Positions 12,514 to 24,319 of a stretch of 64,000 nt of DNA are shown in pieces. Below the pieces are notes generated by a model that did no database searches, was not told where the DNA came from, and worked only from the letters and a program-made list of their open reading frames with translations. Within the stretch, counting starts at the first letter, position 1. Every line of letters begins with the position of its first letter. This DNA comes from Octopus sinensis (taxonomy: Eukaryota). The stretch is from the NCBI RefSeq assembly GCF_006345805.1, contig NC_043011.1, positions 37,088,464 through 37,152,463 of the forward strand, given 5' to 3'. A program made the position numbers and the translations under genes.

Positions 12514-13204
12514 AAAAATTTCTGAAAGTGTACGGCCTCAAGACACGCGACATCTCTGTGTCAGATATGTAAAAAATACGTGGCAGAAAGCAATGATTAC
12601 AAGTGCCTGGCAACAAAAAGAAAAAGACAGAGGAAGAGATAAAGAGAGATAGGGAAGATGAGAAAGAAACAGAGATGTAAAGTTGTGAATCAGTTATGAA
12701 TATTGATTAGAATTATGTTTGTAAACAAAAATTTGTTTTTGCGTTTTTCCACTGTTCTTAGATTACTTTCAACAATATCCTGCAGATAATATTTATGTGC
12801 GGCCTACTTTTCATAAACAGATATTTATCTCAATATGTTTCTCAAGCATTTCTTCACTGTTAGTTATTAGCTTTTCTACACTTTATGTTCAAGTTTCAGC
12901 GCAACGTTATATTGGTTGACATATTTTCTCCACGTGTCAGTAAATAAATAAGCAAATGAACAAACGAAACAACAATACTGCTATGTTCTCATCAATAAAG
13001 GTACAATGGAGTGCATTCTGTGAATAGTTTTAATCATTCGTTATTTTCTATTGTTTACTAAATCATGTATTCTAAAAGTACATGGTGTATTTTCTAAACA
13101 TTTGTTAGCATGTTAGCCTATACTTGAAATCCATTGTGCAATTGTTTGCTAAATACCATGTACTGTGTTTCCATTTAATAGCATCTGTACTCTCTTGTAC
13201 ATAC

Positions 13205-13257
13205 GTATGTATGTATGTATGTATGTATGTATGTATGTATGTATGTATGTATATATG

Positions 13258-13291
<34 letters not shown>

Positions 13292-13302
13292 TGTATGTAT
13301 GT
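13205..13302. repeat. (TATG)n microsatellite
   Basis: Nearly pure tatg run. Confidence 0.95.
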
Positions 13303-13745
13303 CATTATTTAGTTTTATTTCAAGAATTCTTGCGAATAGAGAAAGAGTCGCTTTCTTACCTAGACCCAAGGCTCCTTCTTTTAAATTTCAACATCAACAT
13401 GATATTTTTTGTATCACTGTATGTATAATGCAGATTTGTATGTTTTGTTTTATGTATGTCTTCCCATGCATATACTTGCATATCTAGATATTCTCATATA
13501 TACTTAAATGATAAACTTCAGGAAAGTTTTACAGATTTTTACATTCTGGTTTTGAGAAGATTAATTTCCCAAGATTGGTATTTAGGTAGTTCATTACATG
13601 TCCTAATAATTAATGGTATAAACCTGAACGTGTAATCTGGATAGAGCAACTATAGATTTCTCAATAGTTCAGCGTAGGTATTCTCTTTTTCAGTGATCTT
13701 CAGCTTCACGTTAACATCCACTGGGCAGCTGATTTCCACATCTCT
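13303..13745 (-). mobile_element. 5'-truncated RLE-type non-LTR retrotransposon (R4/Dong-like): endonuclease C-terminus and 3' UTR
   Basis: Minus strand VEISCPVDVNVKLKITEKENTYAELLRNL*LLYPDYTFRFIPLII matches the RLE pattern (D/E)..P...K..K..Y..L...P.++G; flanked on both sides by (TATG)n. Confidence 0.75.
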
Positions 13746-13835
13746 ATGTATGTATGTAGGTATGTATGTATGTATGTATGTATGTATGTATGTATGTATG
13801 TATGTATGTATGTATGTATGTACGTATGTATGTAT
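13746..13835. repeat. (TATG)n microsatellite
   Basis: Nearly pure tatg run abutting the RLE relic. Confidence 0.95.
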
Positions 13836-14505
13836 GCATGTGTTTATATATATATATATTTACCAGAGTGTATGGGTATGCTGCTCCCTCTTTCCTCTTT
13901 CCCTCCGTCTCTCTCTAGCTTTATATATATAAATCATTAGTTAAATATATTCAATGAGAATACTATATACTGAATTTATATTGAGTGCCCAATTGTATGA
14001 AAGTATTAATACTATTAAAATATTCATATATTTAATACGAGCGATTATATACATATATATATATTTAATAATATATTATTATTAATATTAGAATATCAAT
14101 ATCAAACTCCTCAGAAAGATATACATGTGTGAAAAATAATTGTTGTATTAAAAATATATAAATAAATAAATGTAAATATGTATAAAAATATATGTAAATA
14201 TGTATAAGTATAAATATATAATGTATATGACAGTTTAAAAGTTTTGGAGTAATTATTTAAAGCATCTTACGATCGTTTCATAGACGAATTGTCCCTGTAA
14301 TGAAATCCTATATTGAGAAGCATTTATAGACAACTCTTCTGCTCTTCAGATATATAAAATTTGAATTCTGTATAACATATCGAATGATAGTGTCTTTTTA
14401 AAATTTGAAGTAAAACTATAAAATGGTGTTTGCTTGAAAGATAAATTAAACATTAAAAATTACTACTTTTGATAAGAGTCTTTAAATCCATATATACTTC
14501 CTTAG

Positions 14506-14576
<71 letters not shown>

Positions 14577-14612
14577 TTATTATTATTATTAAACGGCAGT
14601 AAAAATATCACA

Positions 14613-14658
14613 AAAACTGTTACTCAGAGTTTCACGTTCCCGTTTGTCGGACAGTTTT
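14613..14658 (-). ncRNA. Minimal type I hammerhead-like fold (U4C, G8A)
   Basis: Minus strand AAAACTGT-CCGACAA-ACG[GGAA]CGT-GAA-ACTC[T]GAGT-A-ACAGTTTT: 8-bp stem I, 3-bp stem II, near-palindromic stem III, GUA site. Confidence 0.6.
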
Positions 14659-15529
14659 GTTTAGAATGGAACAAAATAAAGTTATATGCGTAAATATACT
14701 ATTAGTTTGAAAGATACACATTTGAAAAGGGTTTTCTTTCATCAGAACTTTCAAGTAACGGTCTTTTCTATAACCAGTAACTAGTTGCATGAAATTACAA
14801 TTGCAGTTTAAAATCGTATTATTATAAAGATCGAAGAAAACCTCAAATCAAAATTAGCTTATGTAGAAGGAATAAACCCTGAATACCCATGGTAAATAAT
14901 TAGTGGTAAAAAGTAATAATAAATTAAAATAAATTAAAAGATATAACCTCTTTAAAAAACTTCCACCCTAGAACGCATATACATTTAGCAATACATACAC
15001 ATACAAAGCAACCTATATATAGATATATACACTAAATACACAGGCGTCGGTACATGGTTACATATATATACACACATTTATGTGTAAAACGTAAATATAC
15101 ACTAATGCATATATATGTATCTACGCACACTCACGCACGCGCATAATACCTCTTTGTATACGTATGTATATATGTATATGTATTTTAAATGTATATTTAT
15201 ACGTATTTCATCAATACATTTCATGTACATTTCGGGATAATTTTAAAAAAGCAATGATGGATATGTACATATATATATTCCTGGTCTGTTAACGCCTCTG
15301 AAATCCTGCGATGTGGAGCTTATCATTTACATTTGTGTTTGAAATAAGAAAATAATTTTTGGAGAAGAAATGCCAGTTTGATTAACAGATTGTTTGTGTT
15401 TCAAGGAAGGTGAATTAAAGGCACCTATGAAGAAATCCTCCTTTCTTCTTCAGTTAACATACAGGTATTTGAGTAATGTAGTGTTGTTCTGCCGTGTTAT
15501 AAATTCTGTAAAGATGATACATTGTAAAG

Positions 15530-15865
15530 ATCCCGTTCAGTCATGAATGACCAGCGTACTGCACATAGAAAGTTCCCCCCCCCCGAGGTACAAGTACGGG
15601 CAGTGGTGTTTATAGAGAACCAGCAGTCGCACATGCATACCAGCCACCCCTCTCCACGCCGCCTATGTTATCAAATGGAAAGACAAAAGCCGATACAGCT
15701 TCGAACCAATGACGTCGCAACTCATTTCTACAGCTGAGTGAAATGGAACAACGTGAAATAAAGTATCTTGCTCAAGAACACAACATACGGCACGGTCCAG
15801 GAATCGAACCCACATATTCATGATTGTGAGCTTAACACTCTAACCACTGAGCTATGCACCTTCAC
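15530..15865 (-). mobile_element. SINE type C (tRNA head, CORE-like centre), alternative tail
   Basis: Minus strand gaaggtgcatagctcagtggttagagtg...gggttcgattcc...ttgagcaagatactttatttcacgttg...cactcagctgtagaaatgagt. Confidence 0.85.
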
Positions 15866-15946
15866 AAAAAAGTTTTATAATCAAGTTTTTAAATCGAGAA
15901 AATTTTGTATGGTGAGGGGAGCACAGAAGGTTACTTTTTCCGACGT

Positions 15947-16261
15947 GAAGGCGCGTGGCTTAGTGGTTGGGGGCATTCGGCTCATGATCGTGAGTTCAAT
16001 TCCCGACGGCGCGTTGTGTCGTTGAGCAAGACATTTTTTTTTTTACGTTGCTTCAGTCCACTCAGCTGGCAAAAATGAGTGGTACCTGTATTTCAAAGGG
16101 TCAGCCTTGTCACACTCTGTGTTACGCTGAATCTCATGTGTTAACGGTACGCGTATTTGTGGAGTGCTCAGCCACTTGCACGTTAATTTCACGAACAAGC
16201 TGTTCCGTTGGTGGTATCAGATGGAACCCTCGTTTCGTTGTCGCAAGTAACGGAGTGCTCC
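15947..16261 (+). mobile_element. SINE type C, near full length
   Basis: gaaggcgcgtggcttagtggtt...gagttcaattccc...ttgagcaagac...cactcagctggcaaaaatgagt...ggagtgctcagccacttgcacgttaatttcacg. Confidence 0.9.
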
Positions 16262-16561
16262 TATATATACCTTTTTGCGATAAACTAAGCATCTGAGAGA
16301 AAGAGTATTTTATTAAGGCAATTCGAGGAAGCATTGAGACTACATCTCGTTTTCCTTTATATGTAAAATGATGAGTTTGACGTCATTCATAGCTGGGTGG
16401 ACGTAGAGGATACTTCAAGCCAAGAATAGTTAAACAAATGTTCTACATGCACAAAACATTCCATTATATACTGTAAATTAGAAGTCGGGACCTGCTAAGT
16501 CATCTGAACATCTTCATGTTCCTCTTGGACTCAACTTTCAACCAATTTGTCTGTTTCTCAG

Positions 16562-16582
16562 ATGTTATTGATAACTTTACCG
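16562..16582 (+). CDS. Candidate 21-nt phase 1-1 micro-exon (DVIDNFT)
   Basis: Pyrimidine tract ...tgtctgtttctcag| and |gtgagg donor; would splice in frame to 16902. Confidence 0.25.
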
Positions 16583-16901
16583 GTGAGGAGTCTATGCCAC
16601 AATTTCTCTCAACAGAAAATCCCTTCTCTAGGATTCACGTTGAAGCTGTATTGCTTTGAGAAAATATATGTTCATAGTGCGAGGGTACTTTTGCTGATAG
16701 TACTGTCAGAAAATGTTTACCATTAGTACTGGTGTATCAGGAAAGTTTTAACGTTAGTCCTGGTGTATCATCGAAAACTGGGTGTTTGCATTCAATTGCA
16801 TTACATTTCTATCGACAATATCTCTGTGTTCGACATACCATATCCCTATTCTTTAACTTCAGTTAGATCTTTTTTATTATATAATCATTTTATAACTTTA
16901 G

Positions 16902-17024
16902 GTCATGAAAATCTAGAAAATTCGGAAGAAAGAAAACTAATTCTATTTTCCTCACATTTAAATGTTTTCCATAACAGTCATACACTTCATTTTAATAGCG
17001 AGCAAGAAATCTATATAAAACGCT
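16902..17024 (+). CDS. Candidate 123-nt phase 1-1 exon (GHENLENSEERKLILFSSHLNVFHNSHTLHFNSEQEIYIKR), product unknown
   Basis: cattttataactttag| acceptor, |gtaagt donor, open frame throughout. Confidence 0.3.
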
Positions 17025-17163
17025 GTAAGTAAACAGAATTCAAGTCAGACGAGTGGGCATATTTTGAAGTTACACTATTTATCCAAAGTATTTTAAACCC
17101 AAAATTTATACGCTCTTGGGCATTTTTTTTATTTCTCCTTCAAGTTCAATTGTTAAACGTTAT

Positions 17164-17230
17164 CTATACTCGAGCTGAAGAGCAATACGTTGCCAAATAG
17201 GAGTGATGTATCTGTAGTACTTGACTATAG
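17164..17230 (+). ncRNA. Type I hammerhead-like fold with G12C substitution
   Basis: CTATAcTCGAG-CTGAAGA-GCAA[TACG]TTGC-CAAA-...-GTA-CTTGAcTATAG; 10 of 11 stem I pairs; stem III weak. Confidence 0.4.
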
Positions 17231-18004
17231 ACAATTTTATCCAGGAGAAATGCACTCTTCATCTAAAAATAACAGTCAAGCCTCTCTGAAGGCTCACACT
17301 GTCTAAAACATAAACGAATCAAATAATAACCATTATAACTCATAAATAAATGCGGGTATCGATTATTATATTTCCTAGGAATTTACCGATATTATCACAT
17401 AATCTATTGTAATATTGTTTTATAACTAAAGAATAAGCAAACAAAGAAACAAGAACCGAATCAAACCGACGGTAATATAAATAAATTACTCGATAAATAT
17501 ATTGATATATCCGTTTAAGAATCATGTCGACTAAGCAGAAAAATCTAGGTGTCAGGCAACGGAAATATGATTTGACTGTAAGCTTTAACGCCTTAAACAA
17601 TAAGTATCTTTATAACAGCAGTACAATACAAGATAAACGTCAGAGCGTTTACAAATATACGCTGATAAGAAATGTAATAAATAAATCAAGCACTAAAGAG
17701 AGAAGCTTCTGCACCGTTGCTTGCACTGCTAGGACAAGCAGTTGAAACCTCATTCCAACCAGAGATATATAGTCTTGAAATAGCTAAGAGCATGTTGGGT
17801 GATATATTAGCCGCTGAGATACAAACCAGTTAATGGTAAGAGCCAGGATTCGTTTTTGATTATAGATCTGTTGAGTCAAATATTCCCTGAGTCTAAGCAA
17901 CCAAGAGGCTTGCATGTGATTATTTAGACTGTTACAGATGGAAACAGATATCCTTTCCAAATTTGATGACGGGAACTATTCTTTTCTACACTTGGTACAA
18001 CGCC

Positions 18005-18150
18005 CGAAATTTTTTAGGGGAAAGGGCCAGTCGATTAGATCGACGGCCCAATCACGCAACTGGTTCTTAATTTATCGACGGGGAGAAGATGAAAGGCAAA
18101 GTCGACCTCGGCGGAATTTGAACTCAGAACGTGACGGCAGACGAAATACC
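18005..18150 (-). mobile_element. SINE type B, headless copy fused to the next copy
   Basis: aatttatcgac...gaaaggcaaagtcgacctcggcggaatttgaactcagaacg...gacgaaatacc; ends abruptly at 18150. Confidence 0.85.
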
Positions 18151-18382
18151 TATTTCTTTATTACCCACAAGGGGCTAAACACAGAGGGGACAAACAAGGA
18201 CAGACATAGGTATTAAGTCAATTACATCGACCCCAGTGCGTAACTGGTACTTAATTTATCGACCCCGAAAGAATGAAACGCAAAGTCGACCTCAGCGGAA
18301 TTTGAACTCACAACGTAACGCAGACGAAATACCGCAAAGCATTTCGCCCGGCGTGCTAACGTTTCTGCCAGCTCGCCGCCTT
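18151..18382 (-). mobile_element. SINE type B, full length (tRNA head, MetaSINE-like centre)
   Basis: Minus strand aaggcggcgagctggcagaaacgttagcacgccgggcgaaatgc...gtcgactttgcgtttcattctttcggggtcgataaattaagtaccag...cccttgtgggtaataaagaaata. Confidence 0.92.
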
Positions 18383-19123
18383 AAGACGGAAACTATAAGA
18401 AAAGCTAAATATGTCTAATATACAAACCAACGGAATTATCCAGAATGCAGCGCATCAGGTTATAGGCTTACTAGCTCGATATTGATCTCTGTCTGAATAA
18501 TGAGGATGCTATTATATAGTCACCGTAGCTGCTAGAAATAACAAGTGTATTTACCTAAACTCCTGAAATGGAAAGACATTTGCAGTCTAATAGATCCAAA
18601 TATACAAACAAACACAGTGCAGTGTCTTTGACTACAAATGTGCTTGGCCAGGGATAAACTGGGACTAAATAACAACATGTACAGTAGCAATTGTCACAGT
18701 AATATCATTTAATGTTATGTAATAGCGGCTTCGGTACAGTTTCCCCATATAGAAACGTTCACAAGTAATAAAATTTGCACAGGATGGCACGTGTCATTCA
18801 GTGTCAATTATTGTTGCTTTTCAAACCTAGGTCCCCCTAAATGGGAATACTGTATGGTGGAAAACATTGTTACAGTGATCAACTACATCTTTTGAGATGC
18901 ATAAAAGGACTAGGACCCGTAAGGTGTCGTTTCTTTAAATAAAGCGGTTAGGGTCTAGTCTTGAGGATGTTTAGCAGTTACTCGAATCGGCTTCAGAGGA
19001 TACGTATGCCCTCGCCAAAAATGTCATTGCTTCGTAAAAAATGTCGGCACAAAAAGTTTTGGGGATACACCTGCCCCCTGATATGAGCAATCCATGTTAA
19101 CTGTTAAGAAGAAACAAGCTATG

Positions 19124-19198
<75 letters not shown>

Positions 19199-19221
19199 CG
19201 CTGAATGAGATAACAAAGCGA

Positions 19222-19680
19222 AGGCTATATGGAATTTTCAGGACATTTATAAGGAAATAGCCTTATAGCTGTTTCTGATTCTTCTCCTCCCGACTTCTAT
19301 CCGCAAACACTACCAATGCATTCTCAATTGTTCATTCACACCACAAAACCCTTTGGAACGAGCAACACTGATTCCACGGCTCCATCCTTTGAAATGACTA
19401 AACTTGAACTTCCATTGGAACTATGTACAGGAAAATTTTAAACAACTTCTATACACCATTTTCATCGAATAATGGAACTACAATTACAGTATCTTTATAC
19501 ATCTTATTTCTACTTTCATTCTCTTATTTCCCTATATATTCCCTATCTCCTCCTTTTTCATAATATTTCAAACTTAAATATTTCCTGTATTTAGCCTTCT
19601 CCCATCATCTCTGATGAAGGTATATCCATGATATCCGAGAAACAGCTTATCAATATCCGGAAAACTCCTTACAACATTGT
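19222..19680 (+). mobile_element. PLE-derived fragment with hammerhead 5' half and an inverted partial terminal repeat
   Basis: TCT-CTGATGA-AGG(T)ATATC[CAT]GATATCC-GA-GAAAC-AGCT at 19608-19647; 19222-19277 is an inverted copy of 19638-19677; bounded by TA-rich microsatellites. Confidence 0.6.
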
Positions 19681-19709
19681 GTATGTATATGTATATGTAT
19701 ATGCATATG

Positions 19710-19770
<61 letters not shown>

Positions 19771-19821
19771 TATATATATATTATATATATATATGTGTGT
19801 ATGTGTGTGTGTGTATATATA

Positions 19822-19864
<43 letters not shown>

Positions 19865-20049
19865 TGCTAATTAGAGTCCTCGCTCGTATCATTATCGAAA
19901 CAAGAGTTTAACTACGGTCTATCCATAGCAATTACCTAGCGTTAATTGACACCCTTTGGGTCTTCTAGATATCAATACCTCTCATATACATACACACACA
20001 CACATACACACACGCACACACATACACACATATATATATATATCATGCT

Positions 20050-20228
20050 TGACCGCCGAATCCACAAGTTTTGTTATTCTCTCTCTATTTATTTCCCCTT
20101 ATTCCTTTCTAATGAAGAGCGTAGACTCGAAACCTAAAAGGCTCTCTCACTTTCCCGAGCGTCAGACTAATACACCTGCTTGTTCATACACCTATCTTCG
20201 CTTTTATTTTTTCTGCAAATTTCAACTA
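20050..20228 (+). mobile_element. Short microsatellite-flanked element, hammerhead family 1, copy 1
   Basis: CTTT-CTAATGA-A-GAGC[GTAG]ACTC-GAAAC-CT-A-AAAG at 20105-20140; homologous to copies at 27315, 29245 and 55070. Confidence 0.7.
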
Positions 20229-20234
20229 CGTACA

Positions 20235-20288
<54 letters not shown>

Positions 20289-22650
20289 CGTATGTGTGTG
20301 TATGTATGTATATATATGTGAGTGTGTGTCTGTATATATATATATATACATATATACATATATACATACATATATACATACATACATACACATATATAAA
20401 ACGAGGTGTTGATTAGATAATCAATAGACCAGAAGAAGAGAAGTCGTGTAAACAAGCAAGGGAAATGAGATTTCACATCAGTTTCGGATTTCTGCTTTGT
20501 TAATTTTGGACTGGAAAAGTAGCGGATATTTTACAGAAATTAAATGAAAAAAAACAAGTGATATATTGTAATTCTAAAAACATAACTTACTGAAGGGAGT
20601 GAGGAAGCTAGTTTGAAAATATAATGGAATTTTCTCTAGCGAATAGTTTTGCTTATCATGTTTGTAGGAAGTTAAGTTAATGTTAACATATTTACTAACG
20701 CCAGCAGTATTAAAAGGCTAACTAATAATAATTACGTGATTCAGAAAAGAAAAATATTAATCAAGAGCTGTTAACTGTTTAAATAACACGCAGGGTAAAT
20801 TCGGAAATATGTCCTTTACATGTAATCGTACACAGAAGGAAAGAAACGAAAAAGTGCAATAACTAATGTTTTTATTAAGTTATTCAATTCTACTCATATA
20901 TTGAAAGTTCGAATAGCTATTAGTATTGATCCTCTGTTTTTTTTTATTTCTCAACGTGATCGATATAAAAAAGAGGAAGTAGTATATATTACATAGTCAT
21001 CTAAATTGACATATATATATTTCCTGTATAAAATTGCGGTCATATGCCAGTGTTGCTGTTACTCGTTATCATATATTTATAACACGCAACAGTACTTTTC
21101 ACAAATAAATTTCAGTGATCAGTCATATACGAGATGGAATAATCGATTATATTGAATTCGTCTATCATTACACTCCTACATAATTATTCAAGGCTTCGGC
21201 CTGATTTCAACACAAAAGTAAAAAAAAAATGCTGTAGGTTCAGATTTGTAATCAACTGTGTCCATCACACTGGCCATGCTATCAATCTAACTCCTTGAAA
21301 ACACTCATGATAGAAATTATGAATCTGCCATTGGAAGTTAGTGATTTTTCAGAACCAGAACTCACTATGATTTATTATCTGGGTTCCCTCACCTGAAGAC
21401 TTTCTGTTGTTTCATTTAAACATCAGGTGACATGTTCTGTAAAAGAAATGAAGCATTTCTAGGAATGCGAGTTAACGAACAAATTTTCATATATTTCCAA
21501 CATTAGTTCACTCCTTTAACGTTGCTAATGGCGTTGAAAAAAGTCAGTCTTGATTCGTATTGCATGGCATTTACCTATCTAAATGGTATAATGCTTATAA
21601 AGTAGGAGAAATAATTCAAAATTTAAGATCACCTTGGTTGAACGAACAACTTGCTGTTCAGTGAATAAATTCTGCTTTTTATAATGAGCCAGGAAATAGA
21701 GTTAACGCCCTTGTTTCATGTTCCATCCTCCTACTACATATTTCTTTGTATCTACATGAGAAATCGGCAATGGTATTGTGACGAAGAGAGGAGCTCATGT
21801 ATGTTTGCTCGAGCACGTAGCAACCAAAGTACTCCCAAAGACCATCCAGTCGAAGAAAGATAACTTAGTATTGGACTTTCCCTATCTTTTGTAAAAGAAA
21901 ATACATTATTATCAAATTGGACTACATTTCACCATAGGATTTTTTGTAATGAAGTCTGACCTAGTTCATTAGCTTCAGAAATCCAGATCTTTATGTTACC
22001 GGAATAAACAAGCTTGTAACTCGTTGGCAAACAATTGTTGATTGTAATGGTACTCACTTTGATGAATAATATTTCCGTAGTGTTGAAATATATTGTGATG
22101 AATTTCATGCTTCGAAACCTTTGCTTACATTTTACTCAGACTGATATTTAAATTAAATATGTCTTGGTAACTGGGGAACCTGTAAACATCTGCCGTTATA
22201 TTGGATCTTGTTACTTAAATTACATATATGTATTTGAGTAAATACACAAATATATTGTAAGATACATGTTTAACATTCATATACATACTTCAATAAATAA
22301 TCAACCAACAAACTGCGTGTAATGCGGTATTTATGCAAATCGGATTCAAAGGTTTAGTGACCTTTAAATTTAGTCTCTTTAAATAATATACTTTTGTTAA
22401 TATACAGATCGTTATATGGTTCCTTAAGAGATTTCTAAAAGGACTAAACTGATCGAAAGGATTATATTTTTAATTTCAAAATTTCAAGAGTTTTCGAAAA
22501 GACGGTTGTTTACTATTGTGATATTTATTAAAAGGAATAGTTATTGCGACGTCGACTGAATTATTGCATTCATTCTCTGGTATATTGTATATATTGTGTT
22601 GTCAAACAATTTCGTTTGTTTTTGGTAATATGGTAATCCATATTTCTTAT

Positions 22651-23079
22651 CTATACCTTTAATAAACGATAAAATGATATATTCTCCTTTATTTTCCACG
22701 ACTTCTCGTCAACGTTCCATAAGCCTGTCAATGCCGTTAAGATAGTAGTCGCCAGATCTCGACTCGAAAATTCCATCAATCTATCTACGTTTTCAGTTCC
22801 ATGAAGTTTTACAGAATAAAACGCCTCACAACCTCTTAGAGAAATACCGGAAAATATAACAGTCTGAAGGCACGATACCAAGAGAATACGTCTGGTGCGG
22901 TAGAACAACCAAACCGAGGCCTTGAATTTTTGTTCAAAATAGCGACGCGAAGTGACCGTTGTGGAGTTAAGGGAGCAAGCCGTGTAAAGACTTTCGACCT
23001 TACCCAAAGTCACGGCTAACGGTATCATGAGAGATTCCAATCTGCTGAGATGATCTAGAGTATTGGCTCGGATACTCAT
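22651..23079 (-). CDS. 142-codon ORF or coding exon of unknown product
   Basis: Longest non-repetitive ORF; balanced composition; CpG-richer than the flanks; in-frame TGA five codons upstream of the ATG; possible phase-0 donor AAG|gtatag at 22657/22656. No family recognised. Confidence 0.5.
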   Translation of the reverse strand: MSIRANTLDHLSRLESLMIPLAVTLGKVESLYTACSLNSTTVTSRRYFEQKFKASVWLFYRTRRILLVSCLQTVIFSGISLRGCEAFYSVKLHGTENVDRLMEFSSRDLATTILTALTGLWNVDEKSWKIKENISFYRLLKV

Positions 23080-23549
23080 GTATAAGCTCCTTCAATCAAT
23101 CCTCATTGACCTGAGCAGGTCAGCCGGGACGGGGAGAGTCGAAGTTACGCTCCAAAGAACGTGAAAACATTTTCATGCATTTGTTTGTGTGATACAACCA
23201 TCTCCGCACACAACACAAATGTTTCAAGTGGAATTGGCAGCTTTGGAACTTGGACCAAAATCAATCAAAGAGAAACGAATTTCTGAAATACTAAATTATT
23301 TTTTCCACTTGTTTCTCTCTCCTCATCGTCATGTATTTGAAAGCTGTTAAAATTTGTTCAAATATGCTAAACAAAAGTGGTAGTGAAACAATGGAGTGAG
23401 AGGAAAAAGAAACAAAGGACACTACAATAAAACTTCTTTTCCTATCAATTCAAATATAATTGGAAGCAAACGAATAAGCTGATTTGATAACACACACACG
23501 CGCATATATATATGTACATACATGCATAAATACATACATACATACAGAT

Positions 23550-23582
<33 letters not shown>

Positions 23583-23591
23583 ATATATATA

Positions 23592-23740
23592 TAAACACAA
23601 GAACAATTGCAGCGTGGAATGTGTTTATAAGTCATTTAAAAACACAGAAAAAGCGTTAGATTCACCTCAACATTTAAATTTAATTTGGCAAAATATTTTC
23701 GTCGCTTTGAGACCACGACGTGCTTACTGACAAAATGCCG
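23592..23740 (-). mobile_element. Short (TA)n-flanked element, G3:C8 hammerhead family, decayed copy
   Basis: Minus strand TTTGTCA-GTAAGCA-C-GTCGT[GGTCTCAAA]GCGAC-GAAAATATTT-TGCCAAA at 23734-23684; homologous to 37292-37550. Confidence 0.7.
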
Positions 23741-23750
23741 TTATATATAT

Positions 23751-23910
<160 letters not shown>

Positions 23911-24319
23911 TTATATACATATATATGTATATATAATAGCAAATGAGGATTCTTGATAGAATCGTATACTTAAACGGTAGAGTTGCGTAAACCTATGGTC
24001 ACTAACCACACCACAAAATGTTTGTTGGTTTTTCTTCCTTTTCACGGTCAGTTGCGGCTGGCTTCAGGCATGTTTCCACTGTGCTCTTGCGATATTCTAT
24101 TGTTTTAAAACTACGTTTCATCTAATGATTACAGTTTTTCTGAAATGATAAAATATATTAAATTTTCTATTAAAAATGGTAAGAAACATAAAACTTGCTT
24201 GGAAAAGGATGCGTGGCGTTCGATCATATAACAATATAAATAATATATAAATACATGCATATATACATACATATATGTACATACCTACATATATATGTAT
24301 ATATACATGCATATATGGG

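Noticed and set aside
23938-23975. ATGAG-GATTCT[TGAT]AGAATC hairpin
   Set aside because: Neither CUGA nor GAAA is present in this copy.
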